Notes under the pieces: generated by a model
Databases searched by the model: none
What the model saw: the letters and a program-made list of their open reading frames with translations, nothing else
Told to the model about the DNA's origin: nothing
DNA from: Phycisphaerales bacterium
GTDB taxonomy: Bacteria; Planctomycetota; Phycisphaerae; WQYP01
Assembly (NCBI GenBank): GCA_027313145.1
Contig: DAHVEJ010000002.1
Coordinates: 8,843 to 70,218, forward strand
DNA length: 61,376 nucleotides
Direction of reading: 5' to 3'
Position numbers and translations under genes: made by a program
Part shown: positions 9,281-19,443 of the stretch, piece by piece
Numbering within the stretch: the first letter of the stretch is position 1
Layout of the letters: each line of letters opens with the position of its first letter

Positions 9281-10693
9281 ATGGCTGACTGCAAACTTAC
9301 GCTTCATAGTCGCACTGTCGGCGGCAGTGTTGATCCGCTGCGGCTGCTGGGTGTGTTGGCGGCGCAGTGCGGGGATATCGCTGTGCTGCACAGCGGAAGC
9401 GATGGGAATGCGGTACTGGCGGTCAACGCGCTTTCCGGCGTGCGGCTGACCGCGGACGAGGGAAAAATTACATTACACCTCACCGGTTTGGCGACGTGTG
9501 CCCAAGTTCCTGAAGACATTGCCATGACGCCGTCGACAGCCTGGCAATGCTGGCAGAATATTATCACAGAGATTTCATTTTCCCAGCCACCGCCGGATCG
9601 CGTCGGATGGCTCGGTTGGTTGAGTTACGAAGCCGGCGTCATGGCGGAATTGCCACAGTTGGATGACCTGTCGTCAGCGGATATTCCCCTGGCGCATTGG
9701 CAGATATTTGAGCGATATTTTGTTTTGGATGCCGTTACGCGGCAGTGGCTTTTGGTGGCGCTGCATCCGGATTCCGGAGAAGCGGAAAATATCTTGGGGC
9801 ACATGCAATGCCAATTCCGCGCTGCAAACAACGGCGATCTACCCAAGTATGCTCCGGTTCCAGCGACTGGTGTACAGCACCCGGATGGTGCCGCATTCAA
9901 GGCGGCCGTGCGCCGCTGCAAAGAATACATTGCCGCCGGTGATATATATCAGGCTAATATATCCGCAGAGTGGACGGCCAGAGTGTCGGAACCGGGATAC
10001 CAGGTTTTCCGGCGTCTGGTGAAAAACAACCCGGCGCAATATGCCGCGTTTTTTCGATATGGGGACGATGAAATTATTTCCGCATCGCCGGAATTATTTC
10101 TGCAACGCGCCGGACAACTGCTTGAAACACGCCCCATCAAAGGCACCCGCCCGCGCGTATGTGGCAACCCTGTTGCGGATCAGCAAGGGTGTGACGAATT
10201 ATTGCACAGCGAAAAAGACCGCTCTGAACTGGCGATGATTGTGGATTTGCTAAGAAATGATCTGGGCCGCGTGTGCACCAGCGTAAGCGTGGAAAAAGCC
10301 CGGCAAATCGAGAAATTGCCCACGCTCTGGCATACGCATGGCGTGGTCACCGGTAAACTACACCCACATGTGCGTAAACGGTGGGATAAAATCATCACGG
10401 CTATGTGCCCTGGCGGCTCCATCACTGGAGTGCCTAAAATCAGAGCTATGGAGATTATCCGTGAACTGGAAGTTCAGCGCCGCGGCATATATTGCGGTAA
10501 CATCGGTTGGATCAGCCCGGCGGGTGACGGCACATTAAATATAGCCATCCGCACCATCCATATTGTCAATGGGATTGCAAAATTCCGTGCTGGTGCCGGC
10601 ATAACCGCCGATAGCAATGCCGATGAAGAATACGCTGAAATCCTGGCCAAAGCGTCCGCACCGCTGCGGGCATTAACCGAGGAGATAATATGA
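9281..10693 (+). CDS. pabB: Aminodeoxychorismate synthase component I (chorismate-binding enzyme, PabB type)
   Basis: SASPELFL, RPIKGTRPR (Lys of PIKGT is PabB-type; TrpE has PIAGT), SELAMIVDLLRNDLGRVC, CPGGSITGVPKIRAMEIIRELEVQRRGIYCG. Start 9281 has GAGG 8 nt upstream; the alternative ATG at 9242 is coupled to the upstream stop. Confidence 0.85.
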   Translation: MADCKLTLHSRTVGGSVDPLRLLGVLAAQCGDIAVLHSGSDGNAVLAVNALSGVRLTADEGKITLHLTGLATCAQVPEDIAMTPSTAWQCWQNIITEISFSQPPPDRVGWLGWLSYEAGVMAELPQLDDLSSADIPLAHWQIFERYFVLDAVTRQWLLVALHPDSGEAENILGHMQCQFRAANNGDLPKYAPVPATGVQHPDGAAFKAAVRRCKEYIAAGDIYQANISAEWTARVSEPGYQVFRRLVKNNPAQYAAFFRYGDDEIISASPELFLQRAGQLLETRPIKGTRPRVCGNPVADQQGCDELLHSEKDRSELAMIVDLLRNDLGRVCTSVSVEKARQIEKLPTLWHTHGVVTGKLHPHVRKRWDKIITAMCPGGSITGVPKIRAMEIIRELEVQRRGIYCGNIGWISPAGDGTLNIAIRTIHIVNGIAKFRAGAGITADSNADEEYAEILAKASAPLRALTEEII

Positions 10694-11376
10694 AGCAGAA
10701 GCGCGTGCCGGAAATTATGGATTCACCGGATATAGCACCGGAACATCATCACCGCGCCCTGGCTGCTCTGGAGCGAATCAATCAATGGAGTGACAGCGCG
10801 GGAATTGTGTGGCGTGAAATTCATCCGATGTTAGGGAACAAAAAGGTTTTGAGGGTACTGGATGTCGCAACGGGTGGGGGTGATGTTCCTATCGCGCTGT
10901 GGAAACTGGCCCATCAGGCGGGCGCAACATTGGAGATTGCGGGATGTGATAAAAGCTCAACCGCCATTGCCCATGCCAAAGCCAATGCCGAAAAGCAGGG
11001 TGTTTCCATCGACTGGTTTATCTGGGATGTTTTTACCGACCCGGTTCCACAAGGCTATGATGTTATTGTGAGTTCATTGTTTATGCATCATCTGGATTCT
11101 CCACAGGCCGTTGCCTTCTTGAAAAAGTTGGCCGGTGGGGCACGGCAGCGTTTGATCGTCAATGATCTGCGCCGCTCCGCCATTGGGTGGCTTCTGGCAT
11201 CAGGTGCCGCATGTGTACTGGGTTCGCGCGTGGTGTGCGTGGACGGTCCCAGGTCGGTGCGAGCCGCTTATACCATGGCGGAAAGCGCGGCCTTGGCCGA
11301 GCAAGCCGGCTTGGCCAATGTCAAAATTCAACCGCGTTTTCCATGTCGCTTTGTCTTGTCCTGGAGTCGGACATGA
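10690..11376 (+). CDS. Class I SAM-dependent methyltransferase
   Basis: SAM motif I VLDVATGGGDVPIAL, motif post-I AGCDKS, YDVIVSSLFMHHL. ATGA overlap with the pabB stop (10690-10693). Confidence 0.75.
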   Translation: MKQKRVPEIMDSPDIAPEHHHRALAALERINQWSDSAGIVWREIHPMLGNKKVLRVLDVATGGGDVPIALWKLAHQAGATLEIAGCDKSSTAIAHAKANAEKQGVSIDWFIWDVFTDPVPQGYDVIVSSLFMHHLDSPQAVAFLKKLAGGARQRLIVNDLRRSAIGWLLASGAACVLGSRVVCVDGPRSVRAAYTMAESAALAEQAGLANVKIQPRFPCRFVLSWSRT

Positions 11377-12518
11377 TTGGCTTTTCCGCGGCCGGGAATG
11401 TTAGTCGCCTGTGGGATGTGCTGGTGGTGGGGGCCGGTGTGGCAGGAGCTATGGCCGCTTATGGGGCCGCGCGGCGGGGATTCAGTGTGTTGTTAATTGA
11501 CAAGGCGGCGTTTCCGCGTGGGAAAGCTTGCGGGTGTTGTTTGAATCAGGCGGCAGTGAAGTTGCTTGAAGAGGCACAATTTAATATCCGCGATTTAGGA
11601 GCCACGCCGATTGATCGGTTTTATCTTGCTTGTGGTGGCACAACGGCCAAAATACCCATCCCCAGCGGGCTGGCGATTTCCCGTGAGGTGCTGGATATGG
11701 CATTGATTAACCATGCGCAAAAAGCTGGAGCCGCTTTTATGCCGCGCACCACGGCGCAGGCCACGGCCGCTTTTGCCACGCATCGGGAAGTATCTGTCGT
11801 GCGGGACGGCATCGCTGCGTCGTTGCAAGCTAAAATCGTGCTGGTTGCCGATGGACTTGGCGGGCGGCTGCTGCGTGATGATGACGGGCTGGAAATTGCG
11901 GCCAATTCGCGCGTGGGTATTGCGGGTACGTTTGACTATCCCGCCAATGACTACGCTCCCGGAATTATATACATGGCCTGTGGCAAACGGGGATACGCCG
12001 GGCTGGTGACCGTGGAAAACCAGAGCCTTCATATCGCTGCGGCGCTGGATGTTCATGCCGCGCGTGACGCCGCAGGGGCGGGCAACGCCTTGGCTGAGAT
12101 AATCCGTGATTCGGGATTGCCGGTACCGGCGGGCCTTCTGACGTGCCGCTGGCATGGGGCACCGGCGCTTACGCGCCATCGGAGTGCACTTTTTGAAAAG
12201 CGGCTTTTTGTTCTTGGTGACTCGGCGGGATACGTTGAACCCTTTTCCGGAGAGGGAATGGCCTGGGCCTTAGCCGGTGCCAAGCGAATCCTGCCGCTGC
12301 TTGAGCAGGCTGTTACAGACTGTCGCGAGGAACTTGGGCCGCAATGGCAGAAGCAATTTCGTGAGCTTATCGGATCGCGGCAACGTATCTGCCGGGCCGT
12401 AACCATGTCGCTGCGGAATCGGGCCATTACACGCTTAGCGGTTGAGGCGCTGAAAATTTCCCCCGCACTGGCCGGTCCGCTGGTCCGGCAGATAAATCGG
12501 CCAATGGCTATGGCTTAA
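11373..12518 (+). CDS. FAD-dependent oxidoreductase (geranylgeranyl-reductase / flavin monooxygenase-like)
   Basis: Rossmann motif DVLVVGAGVAGAMAAYGAARRGFSVLLIDK, later LVADGLGG and LGDSAGYVEPFSGEGM. Start set at the ATG at 11373 (ATGA overlap with the upstream stop), not the track start at 11187. Confidence 0.75.
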   Translation: MIGFSAAGNVSRLWDVLVVGAGVAGAMAAYGAARRGFSVLLIDKAAFPRGKACGCCLNQAAVKLLEEAQFNIRDLGATPIDRFYLACGGTTAKIPIPSGLAISREVLDMALINHAQKAGAAFMPRTTAQATAAFATHREVSVVRDGIAASLQAKIVLVADGLGGRLLRDDDGLEIAANSRVGIAGTFDYPANDYAPGIIYMACGKRGYAGLVTVENQSLHIAAALDVHAARDAAGAGNALAEIIRDSGLPVPAGLLTCRWHGAPALTRHRSALFEKRLFVLGDSAGYVEPFSGEGMAWALAGAKRILPLLEQAVTDCREELGPQWQKQFRELIGSRQRICRAVTMSLRNRAITRLAVEALKISPALAGPLVRQINRPMAMA

Positions 12519-12531
12519 TTCTGGAGGTCAA

Positions 12532-13602
12532 ATGGGTTTGCATATCACCGGTGTGGGAACGGCACTGCCGAATTACGGCATCAGTCAGGACAAAGCGTGC
12601 GCTATTGCCCAAAACGGTCTTACGGAAAAGCAGTCCCGCCTTCTGGCCGCTATTTACCGCAAATCCACTATTAAACGCCGCCATACCGTGCTGTTGGATC
12701 AGGAGAATGGTGCCACGCCGTTTTATAATGGATCGAACGGTTCCAGCCCCGCCGGGCCGGGCACCGGACTACGTATGGAGCGCTATGCCGCCGAGGCTGT
12801 TGACTTAGCGCTTCGTGCTTCACAATCCGCCTTGAGCAACGCACGCTGTGCTCCAGATGCCGTAACACACCTGATAACGGTCTCCTGCACCGGATTTTTT
12901 TCTCCGGGGCTGGATAGAGAAATTATAGAAACATTGCGGCTATCCCGTTCGGTCAGCCGCGTGAACATCGGTTTTATGGGCTGTCACGCAGCACTGAATG
13001 CGTTGCAGGTGGCGCTGGCCATTGCCAACGCCCAGGCGGATGCGACGGTTTTATTATGCGCCACTGAACTATGCAGCCTCCATTTTCAGCAAGGCTGGAA
13101 TACCGACAACGTATTGCCCAACGCGTTATTTGCTGACGGTTCCGCCGCGATTGTGGGAAAGCCTGCAGCGCCGGGCGAAAACTGGACGTGCCAAGCTACC
13201 GGCTCATACTTACTGCCTGAATCAAATGCGGATATGACCTGGCGCATTGGCGACCATGGTTTTCAGATGACGCTTTCGCGCCGCGTGCCGACGTTAATCG
13301 CGGAAAACCTCAGGCCCTGGCTGGAGCAATTCCTGGCCACGCACAATCTGACTATTGCGGATATCGGTTCCTGGGCGGTCCACCCCGGTGGGCCGGGCAT
13401 TCTCGATGCCGTCCGCACCAGCCTGAGTTTGCCTGCTGACGCACTGGAGGTTTCCCGTGCGGTGCTGGCCGACTGCGGCAATATGTCCTCCCCGACGATC
13501 CTGTTTATTGTGGAGCGTCTGCGCCAAAAGTCGGCATCGCTACCATGTATGATGCTGGCCTTCGGCCCAGGCTTGGCCATCGAAGCCGCCTTATTGATTT
13601 AA
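12532..13602 (+). CDS. Type III polyketide synthase (chalcone/stilbene synthase family)
   Basis: Catalytic Cys in VSCTGFFSPGLD, His in WAVHPGGPGILD, Asn in CGNMSSPTILF, C-terminal AFGPGLAIE. GGAGG Shine-Dalgarno upstream. Confidence 0.9.
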   Translation: MGLHITGVGTALPNYGISQDKACAIAQNGLTEKQSRLLAAIYRKSTIKRRHTVLLDQENGATPFYNGSNGSSPAGPGTGLRMERYAAEAVDLALRASQSALSNARCAPDAVTHLITVSCTGFFSPGLDREIIETLRLSRSVSRVNIGFMGCHAALNALQVALAIANAQADATVLLCATELCSLHFQQGWNTDNVLPNALFADGSAAIVGKPAAPGENWTCQATGSYLLPESNADMTWRIGDHGFQMTLSRRVPTLIAENLRPWLEQFLATHNLTIADIGSWAVHPGGPGILDAVRTSLSLPADALEVSRAVLADCGNMSSPTILFIVERLRQKSASLPCMMLAFGPGLAIEAALLI

Positions 13603-13628
13603 TGATCGCACGCGGCAACCGCCGTGCC

Positions 13629-14144
13629 TTAATGATGCCGCATCCACGGTGGCATTTTGCCGCGCGGCAAACTCTTGAGGTATGCGGTTACCGCTACAGC
13701 ATCCGCATGATTCATGCGATACGCCGGCATAGGCGGTCCGGCATAATGCCCGCGTGGATCACGTCCGGTGGTAAGAAATTTAATCATGGCACCGGCATTC
13801 CACCGCCAGGGCAATCCCGCGATATTGGGTGCACCGTGTGGCCAATGGCGCACCGGAAAATTGGGCTTATACGCTATTTTGGCACCCTGCAGCCATTTGG
13901 ATTTGATCAAGCGGCCATTTTGATTCATAGGGGTATGGCAATCGCCGCACATGGCCACCTGATTGACCAAGTAACTTCCACGGGATATTTCCATATCCAC
14001 CGGCGTACCCGCCGCCGGTGCTGCGGCAACGGAAGCCTCAAGGCCCAAGTTGGCAGTCGGCCGCATTGCCACACCAGCAGTTATGCCCGCCGCCAGCAGC
14101 GCCGCGCCCGCCACGAACCATGATTTCTTGATGCGTTTACTCAT
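13629..14144 (-). CDS. Secreted mono-haem c-type cytochrome
   Basis: Signal peptide, CGDCH haem-binding motif, distal Met candidate in GPPMPAY. Confidence 0.8.
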   Translation of the reverse strand: MSKRIKKSWFVAGAALLAAGITAGVAMRPTANLGLEASVAAAPAAGTPVDMEISRGSYLVNQVAMCGDCHTPMNQNGRLIKSKWLQGAKIAYKPNFPVRHWPHGAPNIAGLPWRWNAGAMIKFLTTGRDPRGHYAGPPMPAYRMNHADAVAVTAYLKSLPRGKMPPWMRHH

Positions 14145-14663
14145 AGAAGCTCCAAAAAAAAATAAAACATCTTGCCGGAAATCTCGTGCCTATCGCACCA
14201 GTGTGCCAATTAATGTAACTATACCGTGATATTCGAGCAAGGCCTTTTCCAAGCCCGACATTGTCCGACATTAAGGCCATGTCCCATTGCCCATACCGCA
14301 ATTCCTAAGCGCCAAACACACTCACGACGCCCAACGCGCAACATCAATAGAAGTTGCAGGAGCACTCGGTGCCCAATCACCAGAATATCTCGCCGTTCGG
14401 CTTTTACACCCCGGTCTCGCGCCGCGGAGTATCTGCTTCTGAAATTATTCAAGATGCCAAATGCTATATATCGATTATTGCCGTGTTTTTTTGCCGCTTG
14501 CAAGGTGGGGAATTTGCAGTTATCACATGGATGTGGCATCCGGACGAACGCGTACCCTGTTCTACCCGTAATTATGGCGGGAACCGGGCGCTTGGAGCCT
14601 GTCCGAGTATTGGCCGTCATAACCCGGCGATTGCTCGAATAGGCATTCTAGGAGAGTTATTTT

Positions 14664-17603
14664 ATGCGAAGTCTTCTGGTCCGCGTGATATGTTTTGGTA
14701 CTGGGCGGGCAAATGTATTGGCGGCGTTGATTGGAGTGGCACTGTGTGCCGCAACGTCGGGTGCCGCCGTCGCTACTTCTGTGTCGCAGGCGGCGTGGAA
14801 TATTGTTTCTAAAATATCCGGTGTTCGAATTCATGCACCCAGCCACGCGCCGGCGAATAATTTTCCGGATGGGCCGCTAATTGGTAATGGCAGCGTGGGG
14901 GTGGCAATTCAGGGGCGCAACACGGATCACATTGCCATGTATATCGGGCGGGAGGATTTCTGGAGTGTGTTGCGTGGACGCATCATGCCGGTGGGGCGAT
15001 TGAGTTTATCCATCCCGGCGTTGCATAACGGGAATTATCTGACGCGCGAAAATATCGGTCCGGCGGATGTTGTGGGGAATTTTACTACCAACTCGGGTCA
15101 CGATTTGCAGTTTAAAGCTTGGGTGGCCAAACCGGAAAATCTGCTGGTTATGCAACTGCATAACAGCGGCCAACGGCCTTTGGTTATTCGCCCGAAATTA
15201 TTGGATGCCTGGGGCACCGCAGGCGCGGCGGGAATGGCCGCAAGCAGCGGCAGAATAAACGATCTGCGTGTATCACCTGATACGGTTGATGCGCGAATTG
15301 GTATGCCCAGCGGGCGTGATCCGGCGGGGCCGTTTCATGGTGTGATCGCCGACGTAACGGTGTTACCAAAGGCGGTTGCCGCAGGAATCGTTGGCGATGT
15401 GCAGCCATCCGCCCAGGCGGTGCCATCGGGTACGCGGTTTGCATTTTTAGCACGCCCTGTCCGCCACAGTGATCATTCGCGCGGCCACTCAACGCACGTT
15501 GATTGCGGCAATCTGGTGATGCCGCAGCGGGCCTTTACCGTCTCGGCATGGATATATCCGCGATCAGCCAAGGGGGCACAGGCGATTTTCAGCGCCATGA
15601 CCAGTGATACTTGGCAGCACTGGATGCAGCCGGGACCGAATCCGCCGCAGATTTCTTATGGGTTTACCTTTTCGACCGTCAACGGAAAATTGTCCGCGAT
15701 GCTCAATCGCGTGCGAATTACCGCGCCTGACAGGTTGGCATTAAATCAGTGGTCCCACGTTGCGGCGATTTATAATGGGATGAGGCTTTCTCTGGTGGTC
15801 AATGGCAAGTCCGCGGCAGCCACGAATCAATTTCCCACCGCCAGACAAGTTGTCGGGCCGCAGTGGGACTGGAATGCGATTCACCCGGGCGATAAGCAGA
15901 TTATTTTTAATGGTGCCTCGCCGGAAGGGTTGCTGGCATTCCGGATTATTGGCGGTGGGGTCCAGGTCAGGAACGATCGCGTATCGCTGACGCTGCAACC
16001 TGGAGTCGATGCAACGATATTGGTATCCGCGTTGGATAACCGCGATGTCGCCGATTATCGCGCCGCATCATTAAAACTGCTTAATGCATTAAATGAATCG
16101 GGCGTGGACCAATTGTGGAATCGGCATCTGGCATGGTGGAAACACTTCTGGGGGCATTCCTATATTCACATTGCCAATAAGCCCATTGAGAATTTCTGGT
16201 ACGGATCGCTGTATGTTTTCGCGTGCAGCAGTGCGCCGGGACAAATTGCGCCGGGCTTGTGGGGCAATTTTGATACATCGCCGCACATGGCATGGAATGG
16301 CGATTACACGCTGGATTATAATTATGAAGCCCCTTATTGGGCGGCCTACCCGACCAATCATTTGGCGCTGGCGGATAATTATGATCAAGCTCTGCTGGAT
16401 TGGATGCAACGCGGGCATGGTTTGGCGCGGCATCGCCATTATCACGGATTATTTTTTTACGCCCATCTAAGCCCGCTGCCGGGGTGGAGCGCTGACGGCG
16501 CAAAATCGATTCGGCAGAAATCCGATGCGTTGTTCAGTTGTGTGGATTGTCTGCAGCGCTGGCGTTACACACGCAGTGCAACTTATGCACGGAAGGTCTA
16601 TCCGTTTCTGCGCGGCGTGGCACAGTTCTGGGATCATTACCTGGTGCTGAAGAATGGCGTTTACATGGACTTTAATGATGCTGCCGATGAATTGCAGTCG
16701 CCCCATGATGTCAACCCGGCGACCAGCATCGCCTTTTTGCAGATGCTTTATTCCGGGTTGCTGGATATGAACCATAGCCTGCATTTAAATGACCCGGATG
16801 CGGGGCAGTGGCGGCATATTCTTGCGCATTTAAGTCCGTTGCCCATCGTGCCGGCGGCTTCCATTTCCAGCATCGTCCATGCGGTCGGCAACGCTGCTGT
16901 GCAGGGCAAATTCGTCATTCGTGACGCCCTGATTGGTTCGCAATGGATTAATCTCGGCCAATTGCTTTCGGCTCATCCCCCGGTACGTGACAGTGGATCA
17001 TCGGCGGGAATGAATTCGCATCAGGTCATTTTCCCCGGCTGGGCGATAGGCTTGGAAAGCCCTAATATCCAACTGGCCGCAGCGCTAAACACAGTGAGCT
17101 TCCAGAAGACCTGGTATGACTTTAATAACACGTCAAGTTTTTATCCGGCATGCGCGGCAGTAGGCTATAATCCTGATAAAATTTTGTATCATCTTGATAT
17201 GTTGATTGGTCATTTTTTGTATCCTAATTTTCTGTTTCAGATGGGCGGCGGCGGAACGGAGAATTTTGCCACCGTGCCCACGACGATCTGCGGTATGTTT
17301 CTGCAAAGCTACCAGAAGAATATTCTGGTGTTTCCAAATTGGCCGAAGAATCAGAATGCGTCCTTCGGGAATCTCCTGGCGTGCGGGGACTTTTTAATTT
17401 CCAGTCGGCTGCATCAGGGACGCATTGCATACGTGCAAATCATCAGCCGGCGGGACGGGATATGCCATCTTGTAAACCCGTGGCCGGGCCAACAGGTCAG
17501 GGTAAGCCGGCCGCGGCATCCGGAGAGGACCATCGCGGGTAAAACGCTGACGCTTGCTACGCGTGCCGGTGAACTACTGCGACTGACCGCGGACGGGCAT
17601 TGA
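14664..17603 (+). CDS. Secreted GH95-like (six-hairpin) glycoside hydrolase with inserted LamG/concanavalin-A-like domain
   Basis: Signal peptide. LamG-type FTVSAWIYPRS...WSHVAAIYNGMRLSLVVNGKS. WNGDYTLDYNYEAPYW resembles the GH95 W-x-G-x-Y-T-x-N-x-N-x-E-M-N-Y-W segment. Family call is by motif only. Confidence 0.6.
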   Translation: MRSLLVRVICFGTGRANVLAALIGVALCAATSGAAVATSVSQAAWNIVSKISGVRIHAPSHAPANNFPDGPLIGNGSVGVAIQGRNTDHIAMYIGREDFWSVLRGRIMPVGRLSLSIPALHNGNYLTRENIGPADVVGNFTTNSGHDLQFKAWVAKPENLLVMQLHNSGQRPLVIRPKLLDAWGTAGAAGMAASSGRINDLRVSPDTVDARIGMPSGRDPAGPFHGVIADVTVLPKAVAAGIVGDVQPSAQAVPSGTRFAFLARPVRHSDHSRGHSTHVDCGNLVMPQRAFTVSAWIYPRSAKGAQAIFSAMTSDTWQHWMQPGPNPPQISYGFTFSTVNGKLSAMLNRVRITAPDRLALNQWSHVAAIYNGMRLSLVVNGKSAAATNQFPTARQVVGPQWDWNAIHPGDKQIIFNGASPEGLLAFRIIGGGVQVRNDRVSLTLQPGVDATILVSALDNRDVADYRAASLKLLNALNESGVDQLWNRHLAWWKHFWGHSYIHIANKPIENFWYGSLYVFACSSAPGQIAPGLWGNFDTSPHMAWNGDYTLDYNYEAPYWAAYPTNHLALADNYDQALLDWMQRGHGLARHRHYHGLFFYAHLSPLPGWSADGAKSIRQKSDALFSCVDCLQRWRYTRSATYARKVYPFLRGVAQFWDHYLVLKNGVYMDFNDAADELQSPHDVNPATSIAFLQMLYSGLLDMNHSLHLNDPDAGQWRHILAHLSPLPIVPAASISSIVHAVGNAAVQGKFVIRDALIGSQWINLGQLLSAHPPVRDSGSSAGMNSHQVIFPGWAIGLESPNIQLAAALNTVSFQKTWYDFNNTSSFYPACAAVGYNPDKILYHLDMLIGHFLYPNFLFQMGGGGTENFATVPTTICGMFLQSYQKNILVFPNWPKNQNASFGNLLACGDFLISSRLHQGRIAYVQIISRRDGICHLVNPWPGQQVRVSRPRHPERTIAGKTLTLATRAGELLRLTADGH

Positions 17604-17737
17604 TTTTGGCCGCGGAAAATGGGGCGCGGCATAATTGTGCGCACATAATAAGCACAGAAAAGTTTCCCCTCGCTGGAAAGTTTCCGCCCCTCGGCTTAAC
17701 ATACTAATGCGTTGAATTCACTGAAAGGAATTGATGT

Positions 17738-19246
17738 ATGTCTGAATCCGGGGTTGCTCAAGTTGGTTTGATTGGTCTGGCGGTCATGGGGAAAAATCTG
17801 GCCCTGAATATTGCCGATCACGGGTTTGATATTGCGGTGTTCAATCGTACCACCGCGATAACGCAGGAATTTATCAGGGAAAACCCGAATACCCCGGGAA
17901 AGCTGGTGGGGTGTGATACGCTGGCGGATTTTGTGCTGGCGATAAAAAAGCCACGCGTCATTATTATTCTGGTCAAGGCCGGCGCTGCGGTTGATGCGGT
18001 TACGCAACAACTTATCGATGCGGGCGTGGATAAAAGCGATATTGTCATTGATGCCGGTAACAGCCTTTGGACCGATACGATTCGCTGCGAAAAACAATAT
18101 GCGGAAAAGCTGAAGTTTTTCGGTTCGGGTGTTTCAGGGGGAGAACTCGGTGCCCGATTTGGTCCATCGCTGATGCCCGGCGGTGATCCGGAATCGTGGA
18201 AACATCTCAAGCCAATTTGGGAAGCCATCGCCGCCAAAGTTGATCCCAAAACCGGCAAACCAATTCCCGGTGCCGAACCGGGTAAGCCAGTGACCGGCGG
18301 GGTGCCGTGCACTGCCTACCTAGGGCCGGATGGGGCGGGTCATTATGTTAAAATGGTGCATAATGGCATTGAATATGTCGATATGCAGTTGATCAGCGAG
18401 GCCTATTTTCTGCTGCGGCATTTGCTGGGCCTTACGCCCCCGGATTTGGCGGAAATATTCAGCCAATGGAATCTTACCGAGCTGGATTCTTATCTCATTG
18501 AAATTACCGCCGATGTTCTACAACAGCGCGACCCGGCCAAACCAAGAAAATATCTGGTGGACAGCATTCTGGATGCGGCCGGCCAGAAGGGCACGGGCAA
18601 ATGGACTTCCACCAGTGCATTGGATATGGGCGTGCCGGCCAATTCGATTGCCGAGGCGGTTTTTGCCCGGTGTATGAGCGCATTAAAGGAAGAGCGTGTG
18701 GCGGCATCGAAAAAACTTCGCGGCCCCAAGGCCGGCAATAAGAAGCATGGAAAAAAAATGATCGAGGCCATTCGCCAGGCGCTGTTCTGCTCCAAAATTT
18801 GTGCCTATGCCCAGGGCTTCCAGCTTATGTTCCAGGCCCAGCAGGAATATCACTGGAAATTTGATTTCGGAACCATCGCCAGTATCTGGCGGGGCGGTTG
18901 CATTATCCGCGCCGGATTCCTCCAGAAAATTACTGACGCCTATACCCGCGATCCCAAACTGGTAAACCTGTTAATGGACCCTTATTTCCGCAAACAGATC
19001 CAAAACGGCCAGGATCAATGGCGCCAAGTCGTAGCCCTGGCGGCGCAAAACGGAATTGCCGCTCCGGCGTTTATGTCCGCTTTGGCTTACTATGATTCCT
19101 ATCGGACAGCGGTTCTGCCGGCGAGTCTTATTCAAGCTCAACGCGATTATTTTGGTGCCCACACGTATGAACGTGTTGATCAGGCCCGTGGAAAATTCTT
19201 CCATATTGACTGGCCGGATGCGAAACGCCCGCAGATCGAAGCGTGA
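17738..19246 (+). CDS. gnd: 6-phosphogluconate dehydrogenase, decarboxylating
   Basis: [26 protein letters not shown]-binding start, [55 protein letters not shown]. Confidence 0.95.
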   Translation: MSESGVAQVGLIGLAVMGKNLALNIADHGFDIAVFNRTTAITQEFIRENPNTPGKLVGCDTLADFVLAIKKPRVIIILVKAGAAVDAVTQQLIDAGVDKSDIVIDAGNSLWTDTIRCEKQYAEKLKFFGSGVSGGELGARFGPSLMPGGDPESWKHLKPIWEAIAAKVDPKTGKPIPGAEPGKPVTGGVPCTAYLGPDGAGHYVKMVHNGIEYVDMQLISEAYFLLRHLLGLTPPDLAEIFSQWNLTELDSYLIEITADVLQQRDPAKPRKYLVDSILDAAGQKGTGKWTSTSALDMGVPANSIAEAVFARCMSALKEERVAASKKLRGPKAGNKKHGKKMIEAIRQALFCSKICAYAQGFQLMFQAQQEYHWKFDFGTIASIWRGGCIIRAGFLQKITDAYTRDPKLVNLLMDPYFRKQIQNGQDQWRQVVALAAQNGIAAPAFMSALAYYDSYRTAVLPASLIQAQRDYFGAHTYERVDQARGKFFHIDWPDAKRPQIEA

Positions 19247-19369
19247 GGCCGTCGCAGGATTTAAGCCACCAGCGACGATGGCACAAGGTAAGGTCGCGTT
19301 TTCCGGTGGTTTTTAAAGCACAGGGCAAGCTTCGCTTCCAGTGCCTGCGTTGATCAAAAAATGGCGATA

Positions 19370-19443
19370 TGGGCGTTGAGGGGCTCGAACCCCCGACCTT
19401 ACGGGTGTGATCCGTACGCTCTAACCAACTGAGCTAAACGCCC
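19370..19443 (-). tRNA. tRNA-Val (anticodon CAC)
   Basis: Hand-folded cloverleaf on the minus strand: GGGCGTT TA GCTC AGTTGGTTA GAGC G TACGG ATCACAC CCGTA AGGTC GGGGG TTCGAGC CCCTC AACGCCC A. CCA not encoded. Confidence 0.9.

Noticed and set aside
11187-11372. Upstream extensions of track ORFs (11187 for the FAD enzyme, 5216 murA, 37233 SRAP, 50375 HTH, 52596 lpxI, 56331 DinB, 56232 PEP-CTERM, 54755 YceI-like)
   Set aside because: The extensions overlap the preceding gene or lack homology. Internal ATGs align with canonical family N-termini and have Shine-Dalgarno sites or stop/start coupling.
13545-14123. Long antisense or shadow ORFs inside real genes (13545-14123 +, 3985-4563 +, 25307-25846 -, 33850-34536 -, 36548-37150 -, 50775-51593 +, 43107-43652 +, 59173-59688 -)
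   Set aside because: Each lies fully within a confidently identified gene on the opposite strand or in another frame. Their composition is Arg/Gly/Pro-rich, typical of GC-rich shadow frames.
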